Source of the DNA: Octopus vulgaris
Taxonomy: Eukaryota
Length of the DNA: 64,000 nucleotides
NCBI GenBank assembly: GCA_951406725.2
Contig: OX597824.1
Coordinates: 94,674,001 to 94,738,000, forward strand
Direction of reading: 5' to 3'
Positions within the stretch are counted from its first letter, which is position 1; every line of letters starts with the position of its first letter. The notes beneath the pieces were generated by a model. The model did no database searches, was not told the DNA's origin, and worked only from the letters and a program-made list of their open reading frames with translations. Below are positions 41,922 to 55,400 of the stretch, piece after piece. Position numbers and translations under genes: made by a program.

Positions 41922-42676
41922 GGGTAATTTCAACCAATCAGTGACGTGTATTCGGTTGAAGAAAGCTACTGCTGTGTGCGATAGTAATCAAAGAGGAACA
42001 ACTTCCAGGTAATCTCTCCTAAATGCCACCACTCTGTTCTATTCGTATGTTCGAAGACGATGCCACCTTTATCCTTTCCTCCTTTCTAGTCAGCACCGTG
42101 CATTCCTTACTCTTTCCCTCCCTTCTACCTATCAACTAGCAACCAGCAAGCGAAGTTCTCACTGCCACTACCATTACCATATTTTCCGGTGTATAAGCCG
42201 CTATTTGTTTTGTTTTACCTTCGTGTTTTGATAATGTTTTTTTTTTATCTAATAAAGACTTTTATATTGACGAAATCTGTTTGTTGTAAAATAAAATCAT
42301 GACAGTAACAATACATCTCACTGTTGTAAAATGAGGCATTTTGAAACTACATATACGTCAACAGCAAAAAAAGCTAGCTGCGGACTTGCTGCTCTATGGT
42401 GTTGATTCTTCGAACAGAGTGGTGACATTTAGGAGAGATGACCCAAAAGTTGTTCCTTTTTGATTACTATCACACACAGCAGTAGCTTTCTTCTACTGAA
42501 TACATGTTGATTGGTTGAAATTACCCAAATAGACAACTTCAACACGAAATAACTTCTAAAAAATAAAATTTTTCGAAAACGTTCTACGTGACATTCTACC
42601 AGTATTCAAAGTTTCAAACCGTTTAGTTTAAAAAAAATTAATTCAAAAATCTGTGATTGAGATGGAATAGATCCCC
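41922..42676. mobile_element. Long-TIR foldback element, left end truncated
   Basis: About 115-bp imperfect inverted repeat, 41922-42038 vs 42412-42526. The right end resembles the inverted repeat end at 2522-2695. Confidence 0.6.
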
Positions 42677-43339
42677 ACAAACAACTGAATCAAATAGAAG
42701 AAAAATTAAGAGAATCTACATACATGGCAGTATGTATAGTGAAACATAGATGTATATAAGTGGTTATATGAGTACATGTGTTGTCTCTCACTGCATGGAA
42801 TTTCTTATCAAGTTTAGAATATCTTGTTTCTTTGGTATGTACTTAACACTCCTGTTATCTGTAATGGTTTCTTTCTTGAAGTAGTTGAGAAGAAGTAAAG
42901 TTGTAAAGTCCTCTTTTGTCGGCATATTACAGCTGATAACACTTCGTTACACAACTTTTCACAAAACACCAAACTGTTTGCCATCAAAACTATGTAAAAT
43001 TGATTGTTTAATTGAGTAAAATTCCTTGCCGTCATCATCTTCATCATCCTCAACATCAGTATCGTTTTGACAACTCTTTTACCATGCTTCCATGAATCAG
43101 ATAAAATTTGTCGGAGATGTTTTTTGGGTTTTTTTTTTGTTATGGCTGGATACCCTTCCTGTTGCTAACTTTCACATGCTCTTAAAAGCAAGATAATATT
43201 TCTTCATGGGGAGAGATGTTTTCACAAGATTGGAAACAATCAACATCACTTGTACAGCATTGACATTCCTTTACAACCGTCATGTCAAGACAAGGAAACA
43301 AACATACACACATATCATTTAATATATACTCAGGCTTTA

Positions 43340-43790
43340 GGGTAGCAAGCTGGCAGAATCGTTAGCACGCTAGGTGAAATGCTTAGTGGTATTTCATCTA
43401 TCTTTATGTTCAGAGTTCAAATTCTGCCAAGGTCTACTTTGCCTTTCATCCTTTCAGGGTCCATAAATTAAGTACCAGTTGCATGCTGGGGTCAATGTAA
43501 TCGACTGTACCCCCCACCCCTTCCCTAAAAATTTTGGGCCTTGTGCCTCGAGTAGAAAAGAATATTATAGGGCAGTGAGCTGGCACAAATGTTGGCATGC
43601 CAGGCAAAATGCTTAACAGTATTTCACGTCTTTACGTTCTGGGTTCAAATTCCACTAAGGTCAACTTTGCCTTTCATCCTTTCAGGGTCCATAAATTAAG
43701 TACCAGTTGCGTACTGTTGGGGGGAGGGCGATCTAATCTACTGCCCCTCCCCCAAAATTTCGGGTCTTGTGCCTAGAGTAGAAAAGAATA
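43340..43790 (+). mobile_element. Two tandem SINE family B copies
   Basis: Two repeats, each ending gtgcct(a/c)gagtagaaaagaatat. Confidence 0.8.
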
Positions 43791-45147
43791 TATACTCAAG
43801 CTTTAAATTTGAGCCACTATTAATTTCATGCTGCAAAAACATGCTCCAACTAGTTTTGTGTAGCAATCCATGTGTTTCCAAGCAGTCTTTCTGGCTCAAA
43901 TATACAAAGATGGCTTGAATACACAGCATGCTAGACAAGCAGGTGGCCTCATCATGTTTTTACCATATGAAACTAAGTCACTCGAATTTAAATCATGTGT
44001 ATCATCATCATTTAACATCTGCTTTCCATGCTAGCATGGGTTGGACAATTTGACTTAGGTCTGGCGAACCAGACTCCAATTTTGATCTGGCAGAGTTTCT
44101 ACAGTTGGATGCCCTTCCTAATGCCAACTATTCTGAGAGTGTAGTGGGTGCTTTTACGTGCCACCGGCACGAGAGCCAGTTTGGTGGTACTGGCAACAGC
44201 CATGTCCAAATGGTGCTTTTTACGTGCTACCTGCACAGGAGTCAGTCCAGCGGCACTGGCAACGACCTCGCTCGAATGTTTCACGTGCCACCAGCACAAG
44301 TACTAGTAAGGCGACGCGTTATATTAAATGCTATCTCTCTTTCTCCCTCCCCTCTCTCTCTCTCTCTCTCTGTTTCTCTGGGATCCCACCAATAACAGAA
44401 CAATACATTTTATTTACATGTACTGCTCTGTTATTGGTGGGATCAATAACGGGACTCTAATCCTGACAAAATCACCATAAACCTTAAAACAAATTCAACC
44501 TTACAAGAAGGAAGGGCAACTTAGAACAAGGAGAGCAAAAAAATATAAAAGTTTTACAAACAACAAGCACATCAGACATACCCATCATCAGCTGCCTTTC
44601 CAATACCATTATGGTTTTGACACTCAATTCAGGGTTATAGTAGAACATATTGCCACACAGGGAATTGAACCTGAAAGTATTTAGGTGCAAAGCAAGCTTC
44701 TTAACTACACAGTCACACCTGTGCCTTTGAGTGGAATGTTCTGGAGATTATTGAATGTGATTATTTTGAAATGAAACCTTTTTTTTTTTGCTACTAACCA
44801 GAGAATATAACAATGTCTGATTTCCTTTTTCGAATAACCAGATACTTAAGCATTCGTTTCAAGCTAAGTAGTTAGGCCTACTAATTTTGATTACAGTAAA
44901 TATTTGATAACATTATCTGCAGTCAAAAAGAAACAAGAACTTCCTTTGTATCTATGCATGCATCCACCCCAATACTACCAGCCACCCTGACAAATTTGAC
45001 ACCCTAGTTATCTCTATTCCAAGCACCAATATCTGATTCCATCACCACGACCACCACTACCGTACATCTCCCATGGCTCTGTAGTTAGTTTTCTTTTGTT
45101 TTGATTTGTATAACCAATACGGTGGTGGTGTTGCTGCGGTAGTGGTG

Positions 45148-45191
<44 letters not shown>

Positions 45192-45744
45192 GGTAGTAGT
45201 AACCATTTGCTTGAAAATTTAAAAGCAGTATTTAGAGCCTTGAATTTAATTAAGCAGATAATTTTCAATTAATTTTAAGTAGGTGTTTGGAACTTGCTAA
45301 TTTTGATAATAATCACTTGGTAAATCATCCAGGATTATAATAAACAGCCCTCGTTATACTGGTGGGGGGGGTGCAAGCTCAGATCCCAGTGGTTTTATCC
45401 TACTTTTAATATCAGCCTCCACCTCCCTCATCATCATCATCATTTTAATAGCCATGGGTTTGGTCAGAAGAATCAGAGGGGACTCTGCCATGCTCCAATG
45501 TCTACTTTGGTGTGGCTTCTATGGCCGGCTGCCTTTCCAAATGCCAGCCACTTTATAGAGTGTACTGGGTGCCTTTCATGTGGCACCGGCACTTGTAAGA
45601 CATGATTCTTTGACAGATTGGGGTGGGTTTGTGGTATTGTAGGAAGTACCAGTTACGCACTGGGGTCGATGTAATCAATTTAATCCATTTGTTTGTCCCC
45701 TCTATGTTTAGCCCCTTGTGGGCAACAAAGAAGTAAGAAATGCA

Positions 45745-46120
45745 TCTCACACCCAAATCTTCAGTGATAATGGATTGAACTGAACCATAACTAATCTGCA
45801 CATCCTCTGATAACTCAGATGGTGTTGAAAATGATGAAAACCTTTTGAAAACATTGTGTAGGCCTCTGAGCAGGTATCTGCAAGCTTTTGGCAAAATTTG
45901 ATGCAGATTATCCGCTCAGTTTTCTCTGTCGTGGTCAATGCAACGATCACATGCTACACACCTTCCTTCCAAGCATTGCTATAAACAGCAGAAGTGAGCT
46001 AGAACGTTAAAACTTAGTGCTCAAGCACAGCAGAGCTCAAGGTCAATCTGTGCCGAGCGGTTTCACTCTGCGTGCTTTAGCTTCGTTACTATAGCAACAG
46101 TCCAGATACTTATTGATCAG
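45745..46120 (-). mobile_element. Internally deleted mariner-like element
   Basis: Minus-strand ERIICIKFCQKLADTCSEAY and ELSEDVQISYGSVQSIITEDLGVR resemble the two N-terminal HTH regions of mariner transposases. TIR-like end near 46100-46120. Confidence 0.7.
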
Positions 46121-47038
46121 ACCACACATATGGGCCATGGGGCGTATGTATAAATGTGTGTGTGTATCCATTTTCTTTTCTGCATTTCTCCAACATTTAA
46201 TATTCACTTTTAACTCATATTTCTCCCCCTGCTATCTCGGTCCTCTAATATCTCTCAGATATTACAGATGCCATCATCTTTGTCACTGCCAAATTATTCT
46301 GTTTGCAATTGTTTATGTGTGTCAGAAGATCTCAAATGATACAGTTTTGTGGTGGATTCCTGAGAAAATTCTAGAGAGAGACAAGATGCTTCGAGTACTT
46401 CAATCATTCATAGTTAAGTATCCTGCTGTAACTTCAGAGGCAGCAGCGAGGATGCTGGCAGTTGTGGTGATGATGCTGATGATGATGATGGTGGTGGTGG
46501 TGTTTGGAGGGGGGGGCAATGACAGAAAGTATTTTAACCAAATGTCAGAGTTTTTCTTTTCTCTCATTTATATATTTATTTATTTATTTTAATTCCTGAA
46601 CGATTCTGTACACTTTGGCAGTTGTGGCGGTGGCAGTGGCACAGGGGGTGTGGGTGCAGTGGTGGAGTAATCTCCTGATGTCACTTCAGAACGAGTACTA
46701 CTTTCTCAGAGCATTGATCTCTCTCTCTCTTCTCCACCACCACCACTCACCACCCTCCCACCCGGTACATACCCTCTGGTGGCACAGCTGAGCAAACTTA
46801 CTACTCACTCTCTTGTGACCTTCCACCACCGCCACCCTTCTACTATCGCAGTCTGTCCTCCACCCACCCCGCCGTCTCTCTATCTTCATCCACCCACACT
46901 CTTTCTATACAGTTCAGTTTCTGTTCCCATTCCATACATTATGGGTTGTGTTCAGCTGTTATTAAATAAATTCCTTCAATTTTTTTTTACTTCCCTAACC
47001 ATCTCTGCCTCTCATTTTCCACAGTATTTTCATTGCAT

Positions 47039-47140
<102 letters not shown>

Positions 47141-47877
47141 GACATGTATGGCAATATGACGCAAATCACACAAACTCAGCAAAGTACATCTCAACTCACC
47201 CGAAGTATTATTATTCACCGAAAGTGCTCTACAAGTAATTGTAAGTTACCCGGAGCTATAGCAGAAGTCTAATAACACAAAGAAATAAAGCATAAGAGAG
47301 CATAAACTTTTAATATACCACATAAAGGAAGTGTATATATTTTTACCTCATCTATCACAGGCATTTTTTTTTTTCTGTGACTATTTGTACCTGACACTAA
47401 CTATCAAATGACAGTGTCCTTTGGGGCCCACTATATATATATATACATTTGTACTGCAGTTGTCTGGGTATGTAGTAGTCACCCTTCAACAAATGAAGCT
47501 TTTACATCGGTGGGGGTTTTTGTGGGGAGGGAGTCTTGTAATCAGATCGTTTTTCTTGCTCTCAAAATCTCAGCCCTTCTCTGGGTTGGATTTCCTAGGC
47601 TGGCTACGGTAACATGCGCTTGAAGGATGTTGTTGTTGTTGTTGTCGTCGTCAGTGGTGATGGCAGCAGCAAGCTGGCAGAATTGTTACCGCAGCAGGAA
47701 AAATGCTGAGCGGCGTTTCTTCCGTGTTTACGTTCTGAGTTCAATTCCCACCGAGGTCGACTTTGCCTTTCGTCCTTTCAGGGTCGATAAAATAAGTACC
47801 AGTTATGCACTGAGGTCAATGTAATAAACTTGCCCCCTTCCCCCCAAATTTCAGGCCTTGTGCTTATAGTAGAAAAG

Positions 47878-47948
<71 letters not shown>

Positions 47949-47982
47949 TATTATCATTATTATCATTATCATTATTATTATC

Positions 47983-48020
<38 letters not shown>

Positions 48021-48021
48021 C

Positions 48022-48059
<38 letters not shown>

Positions 48060-48060
48060 C

Positions 48061-48092
<32 letters not shown>

Positions 48093-48111
48093 CATTATCA
48101 TCATTATCATT

Positions 48112-48209
<98 letters not shown>

Positions 48210-48267
48210 TATCATCATTATCATCATCATCATCATCATCATCATTATCATCATTATCATCATCATC

Positions 48268-48305
<38 letters not shown>

Positions 48306-48345
48306 CATCATCATCATTATCATTATCATTATCATTATCATCATC

Positions 48346-48387
<42 letters not shown>
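47878..48387. repeat. About 510-bp in-phase (ATT/ATC)n trinucleotide array
   Basis: Directly visible; source of the poly-Ile ORF. Confidence 0.98.
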
Positions 48388-48390
<3 letters not shown>

Positions 48391-48585
48391 TAGTTTTATT
48401 TTTATAGCGTGCTTTCACTTCACTACCGAGCGCAGCTCTGTGTGCCTTGGGTATGTGCTGTGATTTTTTGTGATGCTCTGATGGTTATTGTATGGAAAGT
48501 GTTCTGCGTAGGATGTGTGCAGTGCCTAGTAGTGCAATTTTCTGTATGTTATATGTGTTTGTATGTCCTGGTGTTTTTGTCTGAA

Positions 48586-48590
<5 letters not shown>
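48388..48590 (-). mobile_element. 5'-truncated Dong/R4-clade retrotransposon 3' end within (TAA)n
   Basis: Minus-strand TKTPGHTNTYNIQKIALLGTAHILRRTLSIQ* (stop at 48485-48487) resembles the QK.ALLGTA.ILRR C-terminus of Dong/R4 proteins. Flanked on both sides by (ATT)n. Confidence 0.75.
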
Positions 48591-48618
<28 letters not shown>

Positions 48619-48620
<2 letters not shown>

Positions 48621-48960
48621 GGCACAGGAGTGGCTGTGTGGTATGTAGCTTGCTTACCAACCACATGGTTCTGGGTTCAGTCCCACTGCGTAGCACCTTG
48701 GGCAAGTGTCTTCTAATATAGCCTTGTGAGTGGATTTGGTAGACAGAAACTGAAAGAAGCTCGTATGTATATGTGTATATATATGTGTGTGTGTCTGTGT
48801 TTATCCGCCCCCCCCACCATCGATGACAACTGATGTTGGTGTGTTTACATCCCTGTAACTTAGAACAAGTACTAGGCTTGCTAAGAATAAGTCCTGGGGT
48901 CGATTTGTTCGACTAAAGGCTGTGCTCCAGCATGGCCGCAGTCAACTGACTGAAACAAAT
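48619..48960 (+). mobile_element. SINE family A copy
   Basis: Runs from ggcacaggagtggctgtgtgg to gactgaaacaaat. Confidence 0.85.
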
Positions 48961-49212
48961 AAAATAATATGGGCAGTGAGCTGGCAGAATCGTTAGAGCG
49001 TCTGACAATATGTTTAGTGGCATTTCTTCCAGCTCTTTACATTCTGAGTTCAAATGCCACCAGGGTAAACTTTACCTTACATTCTTTTGGGATCAGTAAA
49101 ACAAGTACTTCTAGAGCAGTGGGGTCAATGTAATTAGCTTGAAAGGGTCCCCTTAACCCTTTCGTTACCATATTTCTGTTGGGATGCTCTGTGTTTCTTT
49201 CAATTAATTTTG

Positions 49213-49542
49213 ATTGCGGCCATGCTGGAGTACTGCCTTTAGTCGAACAAATCGATCCCAGGACTTATTCTTTGTAAGCCTAGTACTTATTCTATCGCAC
49301 CCTTTGGCTGAACCACTAAGTTATGGGGATGTAAACATACCAGCATTAGTGGGGGGATAAGCTCAGACACACAAATACATACGTACGCACATATATATAT
49401 ATATACGCTTCTTTCGGTTTCTGTCTACCTAATCCACTCACAAGGCTTTGGTCAGCCTGAGGCTATAGTAGAAGACACTTGCCCAAGGACTGAACCTGGA
49501 ACCATGTGGTTGGGAACCAAGCTGCTTACCACTCAGCCACTC
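49213..49542 (-). mobile_element. SINE family A copy, inverted relative to 48619-48960
   Basis: Runs from gcggccatgctggag to accactcagccactc. Confidence 0.8.
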
Positions 49543-49675
49543 AGTGATGGTTTAACCAACAATATCCCATTTAAAAAAAAAAAAACGAGGCATTTGTTGT
49601 TCTTGTTGTTACTATTGTTTGATTCTCTCATCCAGAAGCAATTCTTCTCCTAAGTTGGAAATTTTTCTCTTGCAG

Positions 49676-49819
49676 TGTACAAAGATGTCTTCAGTCTATT
49701 TGATGACGACAACGATGGCATCATCTCTACCCGGCAGCTCGGAGATGTTCTGCGGAAGCTAGGGATGAGTCCGACTGAGGGTGAAGTCAATGAAATGATA
49801 GAGAAAGTAGATTGTGATG
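49676..49819 (+). CDS. Calmodulin-like gene, 144-nt exon (EF-hand 1 and start of EF-hand 2)
   Basis: Acceptor tttttctcttgcag|; encodes YKDVFSLFDDDNDGIISTRQLGDVLRKLGMSPTEGEVNEMIEKVDCD(G). 144 nt is the conserved calmodulin exon size. The donor reads GAAGC rather than GT (see findings). Confidence 0.92.
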
Positions 49820-50609
49820 GAAGCATAGAGATGGGCATGACTGCTACTAAATATTATCATTATTATTATTATTATCTAAGGTGACGAGCCGGTGGGAATC
49901 ATTGCAGCGCCGGACTAAATACTTTATTGGTTTTCCAACTGTCTTTGTGTTCCAAGTTCACAAATTCTACCAAGACTGACATTACCTGTCATCTTTTCAG
50001 GGTTGATAAAATAAATACCAGTGGCGCTCGGGGGGATGGGGGGCACTGTAATCAGCTACCCCGCCTCCTTTAAAATTCCAGGCCTTGTGCCTATAGAAGA
50101 AAAAATATTGCTATTAATCTTTCTCTTGTTCCTTTTCTTCTTCCTCTTCTTTGTCTTTGCTGTCCTCTTCTTCTTCATTCTCCTTGTTGACATCACATGA
50201 TAGTTGTAAACAAGTGCCACCAGCTTACAAGCAGTGTCCCTCATTTGCTATCATCCTTGACAACAGGTGATGGTTGATGACAGGAAAGGCATCCAGCTAT
50301 AGAAAACTCACCCACACAAATTCCGACTAACCCATGGAAGCATAGAGATGGGCATGTTAAAATATTATCATTATTATTATTATTATCTAAGGTGACGAGC
50401 CGGCAGAATCATTAGCACACTGGGCAAAAATGCTTAGCAGCATTTTATCCGTCCTTACGTTCTGAGTTCAAATTCCACTGAGGTTGACTTTGCCATTCAT
50501 CCTTTTGGGGACAATACATTAAGCACCAGTGAAACACTGGATTCAATGTAATCTACTACCCCCCCCCCCCGGGCTTTGTGCCTTTAGCGGAAAGGATTAT
50601 TATTATTAT

Positions 50610-50644
<35 letters not shown>

Positions 50645-52176
50645 TTATCTGTTTCTTCACTACCCACAAGGGGCTACACACAGAAGGGACAAACAAGGAC
50701 AGACAAACAGATTAAGTCGATTACATCTATCTCAGTGCGTAACTGGTCCTTAATTTATCGACCCCGAAAGGATGAAAGGCAAAGTCGACCTCGGCGGAAT
50801 TTGAACTCCGAACATAGCGGCAAACATCGTTGTCATCATCATGATGACGATGACAAAGAAGAATCGTAGATATACAGTGTCTGCAAAATGGTAGGATGTT
50901 TATGGTTAAAATCGACTTTGAAACCATAAACCTGTTCAATTAGACCTATCCTGGGGTTAAACAACAACAACAACAGCAGCAGCTTACCTACAGCACTCTC
51001 TATTGTGTTTTGAGTAGAACATAACTGCTGTTGGTGCTTGTTATCGCACCATCTGTGATATGCACCGTTGCCTTACCAATTCCTAAACCCACACAGTCAG
51101 AAGTAGTTGCTACCCCTGCTGGCCACGTGTGTGTGTCTGAGTTCTCCTACATCTGTTTGCGTCTGTTGAAATTGAACTTCCTCTTATCATGTTCAGCTAT
51201 GATAATGGAATCGGCAACTTGGTATTCAAGAGCCACACTCTGCAATTTACCTAGGGATTGGGTGTGGCCCTAAATGCCATTCGGCTGGCTTGCTGTGGGG
51301 GTTGGATTCCTGTTGCGTAATACATGCGTAAATATGATGACGTGTGCTTGTATATACATGCATTTGTGTGTTAGGGTTAGTTGTGATACCTGTGCCAGTG
51401 GCATGTAAAAAGCACCAACCGATCATGGCCGCTGGTGGCACGTAAAAAGCACAATTCGAACATGGTCAATGCCAATGCCGCCTTGGCTGGCGTCCGTGTT
51501 GGTGACATGACACGTGAAAGCACCAACTAATCGTGGCCGTTTGCCAGCCTCCCCTGGCATGTAAAAAGCACCCACTACACTCACGGAGTGGTTGGCATTA
51601 AGAAGGGCATCCAGCTGTAGAAACACTGCCAGATCAGACTGGAGCCTGGTGCAGCCTCCTGGCTTCCCAGACCCCGGTCAAACCATCCAACCCATGCCAG
51701 CATGGAAAGCGGACGTTAAACGATGATGATGAAGCAGTGATGGATGTGTTTTTTCTCTTTTGTGCATCGTATCCATATCTGACAAGAGATGGACACATGC
51801 ATGCACATACAACGATTATTATTATTATTATTATTATTAAAACTGCAACCTAGCAGAATTATTAACACTCTTGACAAGATGCTTACTCTTTTACTTGTTT
51901 CAGTCATTTGACTGCGGCCATGCTGGAGCATTGACTTTCTCGACTCCAGAACTTATTCTTTGTAAACCTAATACTTATTCTCTCGGTTTCTCTTGCCGAA
52001 CCACTAAGTTACGGGGACGTAAGCACACCAACATCGGTTGTCAACCGATGGTGGGGGGACAAACAGACACACAAACATATATACATATGGCGATGGTGTT
52101 AAATCCTTTTGCCATCGTTGAGAGATTGGTTCTCTGGGATTTTCCTGATGTCTTCATTTGTTCTGCATTTTTACAG

Positions 52177-52419
52177 GAAGTGGCACCATTGATTTCCCAG
52201 AGTTCCTGCGCATGATGTCCAACCAGACAGAAGACTTTGATCACGAAACTGAGATCCGTGAAACATTCCGCATATTTGACAAAGACGGCGATGGATACAT
52301 CTCCGCTGGGGAGTTGCGCTACATGTTTGCCAACATGGGCCAGAAATTGACGGATGAGGAGATCAATGAAATGATTCTTGATGCTGACATTGACGGTGAT
52401 GGACGGATTAACTATTCAG
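52177..52419 (+). CDS. Calmodulin-like gene, 243-nt exon (EF-hands 2 to 4)
   Basis: catttttacag|GA AGT GGC ACC ATT GAT TTC CCA GAG...AAC TAT TCA G|gtgaac; encodes [14 protein letters not shown]...[15 protein letters not shown]...[13 protein letters not shown]. 243 nt equals vertebrate calmodulin exons 107+136 unsplit. Confidence 0.96.
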
Positions 52420-55400
52420 GTGAACAAATCTATTCTTCTTATATCAGTCTCACTCATCCTCTTTTGTTCCACACCTCACTTTCCTCTCTTCTCTAACAAA
52501 GTATGCACTCCCACATGACATTTGCCGTCGTTTTAACGTCTGCTTTTTCATGCCTGCATGGGTCAAGGGAAGCTTGTTGAAGCACATTTTTCTATGACCA
52601 GATACTCCTTGTCATCAACCCTCATCTGTTTCCAAACCAGGTGATATTTTCCTCGTGGCCTGACATGTTTTTGCAGCATATTGGAAAGGGCTGGCATTTA
52701 TCTACAACAATTATGCATGGATAGTCCAAGGAGACACAGTCACATACACACCAAACACCCCCACACCACACACACACACACACACATATACAACGGGCTT
52801 CTTTCCATCTATCAAACCTTATTCACAAGGCTTTGGCCGGCCTGAGAACACAGCAGAAAACACTTGTCCAAGGTGCCATGCAGTGGGACTGAACCTGGAA
52901 CTATATGGTTGATAAGCAAACTTCTTAACCACACACAATAATGATGACGCCGCTGCCGACAACAACAACAATTAAACATGCACATGTGTCTGTTTAATCT
53001 TTAGCATCTTTTATTGCTCCAAATCAAAGTGGTTCCTTCAGGTGCCAACCAAACAGAAGATGCCTGTTGCCATCCAGCCAATTCTTTGTTGGATGGATTT
53101 CAATTACAAAAGATAAAACGTTCAGGTTGGCAGCTGTTGACTTCACAAAGACATTTTTATTATTTCTTCCTATCAGCTGCTAGTCATGTTTCTGTGTGCC
53201 CACACCTGCGCACACACACACATTTGTACTTTGTGTGTGTGTGTGCATTTATGATTTGTGTATTGTGTCAGGTGTCATTTCAGAATGTGTACTTAGGTTT
53301 CATGATCTGCTTGTATGTGTGTGTGTGTGTGCACCTGCAGTCTAAAGAGGGTAAGTTGTAAATAGGGCAGCTGCTAATTAATACATGTATGTGTGTGTGT
53401 GTATATATATATATATGCATACATACATATATGTGTGTATGTGTATGTATAAACAAAGAAAATGTTAGAACTTTTTCATGGACACAAGAAAGAAAATATT
53501 TATTATATATATATACATAGATAGATAGATGTGTGAAGGTATGTTTGAGAGAGTTGGGGGAGAGAGATGACATGTAGACAATAGATATTTGTGTGTCAAG
53601 GATGCTGGTAGCTAAATAATTATGGATATCGGCATCACCACATCTCAACCATGATGCACAGCAACCAACAAACATAGATTGATAAGGCTGACAGTATCTT
53701 GTCTCAGTGAAGGTGTCACACAGGTGTTGAATTATGTAAGAAGATAGAGTACCCCTGTGTTGGCACTGCCTGATAAAAAACCAATTACACCCATTGAGTC
53801 AAATGGAATTTTTAACCTTCTTTCCTAATCAGGATCTTGTTATATTATCATTTGTTGCTGAAGTGTATAAAAGATGTAAGGGAACAAGGTGATATAGTTC
53901 TTTCTCTTTCTCTCTCTCAAGCAGAATTAAGGAGTGGGATTTTGTACTTTACGATAATTGAAGGAGTTGGGTATGTGAGGTTTTTTTGATATCTTTAGTA
54001 AATAATCACTTAACTTATCTGTAATGTATACTCAAACTTTAATTCCATTGTATATCAAAACTTCACTAATAGTTTACCCTTTAGAATTTAAACCAGCCAT
54101 ATCGGATCTAAATATTCTAGCTGCTTTAAGTTCACACCAACCAGATCCAGCCTCTCACACCTACCCTAAAATGTCATTCTAATGATAAACAATCTCAATG
54201 TATGATGAATTCAAAGCAATGTGAATAAATAAGCTTTGCATTTGACAGATTAATCTGAATGGTGAAGGGTTCGTTTCAGCTTTCTTCTAATGAAGAAATA
54301 AATGAATGTTGGAAGAGAATTGTAGTTTGTTTGAAGCATTGTGATACAGGAATAGAATAACAAACGAAATGAGAAATAAGGAAAGCGTCTTGCAATGCAG
54401 AAAGCTTATCAAAACAAACTTTAGAATTCGGGTGCAAAAGTCTGTCTTGAGAAGAATATCCAAAATGTCAGGATCCATGTAAAGACACATTTCTTTGACT
54501 GTGTTCTTCTGAAGGAAGACTTTTGTACTCAAAATATAAAGATTTTTAAAACATTCTACATTGATAGAAACTCTCGTTATTGCTCATTTCATTGACTGGC
54601 TTCCGTGCCGGTGGCACATAAAAACCACCAACCGATCGTGGTCATCACCAGCCTCCCCTGCGACCTGTGCCAATGGCACGTAAGAAGCACCCACTACACT
54701 CACAGAGTGGTTGGCGTTAGGAAGGGCATCCAGCCATAGAAACATTGCCAGATCAGACTGGGCCTGGTGCAGCCTCCTGGCTTCCCAGACCCCGGTCAAA
54801 CCGCCCAACCCATGCCAGCATGGAAAGCGGACGTTAAACGATGATGATGATGGAGAAGAAGAAGAATATGTGAATATACGCAAATATGAATGTGTCTAAT
54901 TTATTTGTTTTTGATGAGTTGGTAGAATCTTTGTGGCATTTCTTTCATCTATTTATGTTCTGAGTTCAAATCCGACTGGAGTCAGCTTTGCCTTTCGTCT
55001 CTAATCTCGTATAAAGGTTGATGGTAAACACACACAACTGTCAACCAATGAATGCATCGTTTTTTAACCCTGTAGGCCTGAACTGCAGGATACGCTATGA
55101 TGCAACATGAAATGACTATGTCATGGTCTGATGCTTTCACATCCTGTGTATCTAGAACATTGACAATGGTCAAACATTTTCTCTGTGTGTCTGTGTGAAG
55201 GTGTGTCATTTAGTAGTTAGGGCATTTGGCTCGCAGTCATGAGGTTGTGGGTTCAGTTTTTAATCCCAGCAGTGTGTTATGTCTTTGAGCAAGACACTTT
55301 ATTTCACATTGCTCCAGCTTTGTCGCATTGCGTGCCATGCCAAATCTCCCCGAGAACTACGTTAAGGATACATGTGTCTGTGGAGTGCTCAGCCACTTGC

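Noticed and set aside
47778-48393. 187-aa poly-Ile and 192-aa Met/Ile ORFs
   Set aside because: Translation of the (ATT/ATC)n microsatellite; no splice or coding context.
49820-49884. ORF extension SIEMGMTATKYYHYYYYYLR after the 144-nt exon
   Set aside because: Intronic, repeat-derived read-through; homology resumes in phase at 52177.
52420-52496. ORF extension [25 protein letters not shown]
   Set aside because: Follows a GT donor at the conserved calmodulin intron position; the true end is at 56959-56978.
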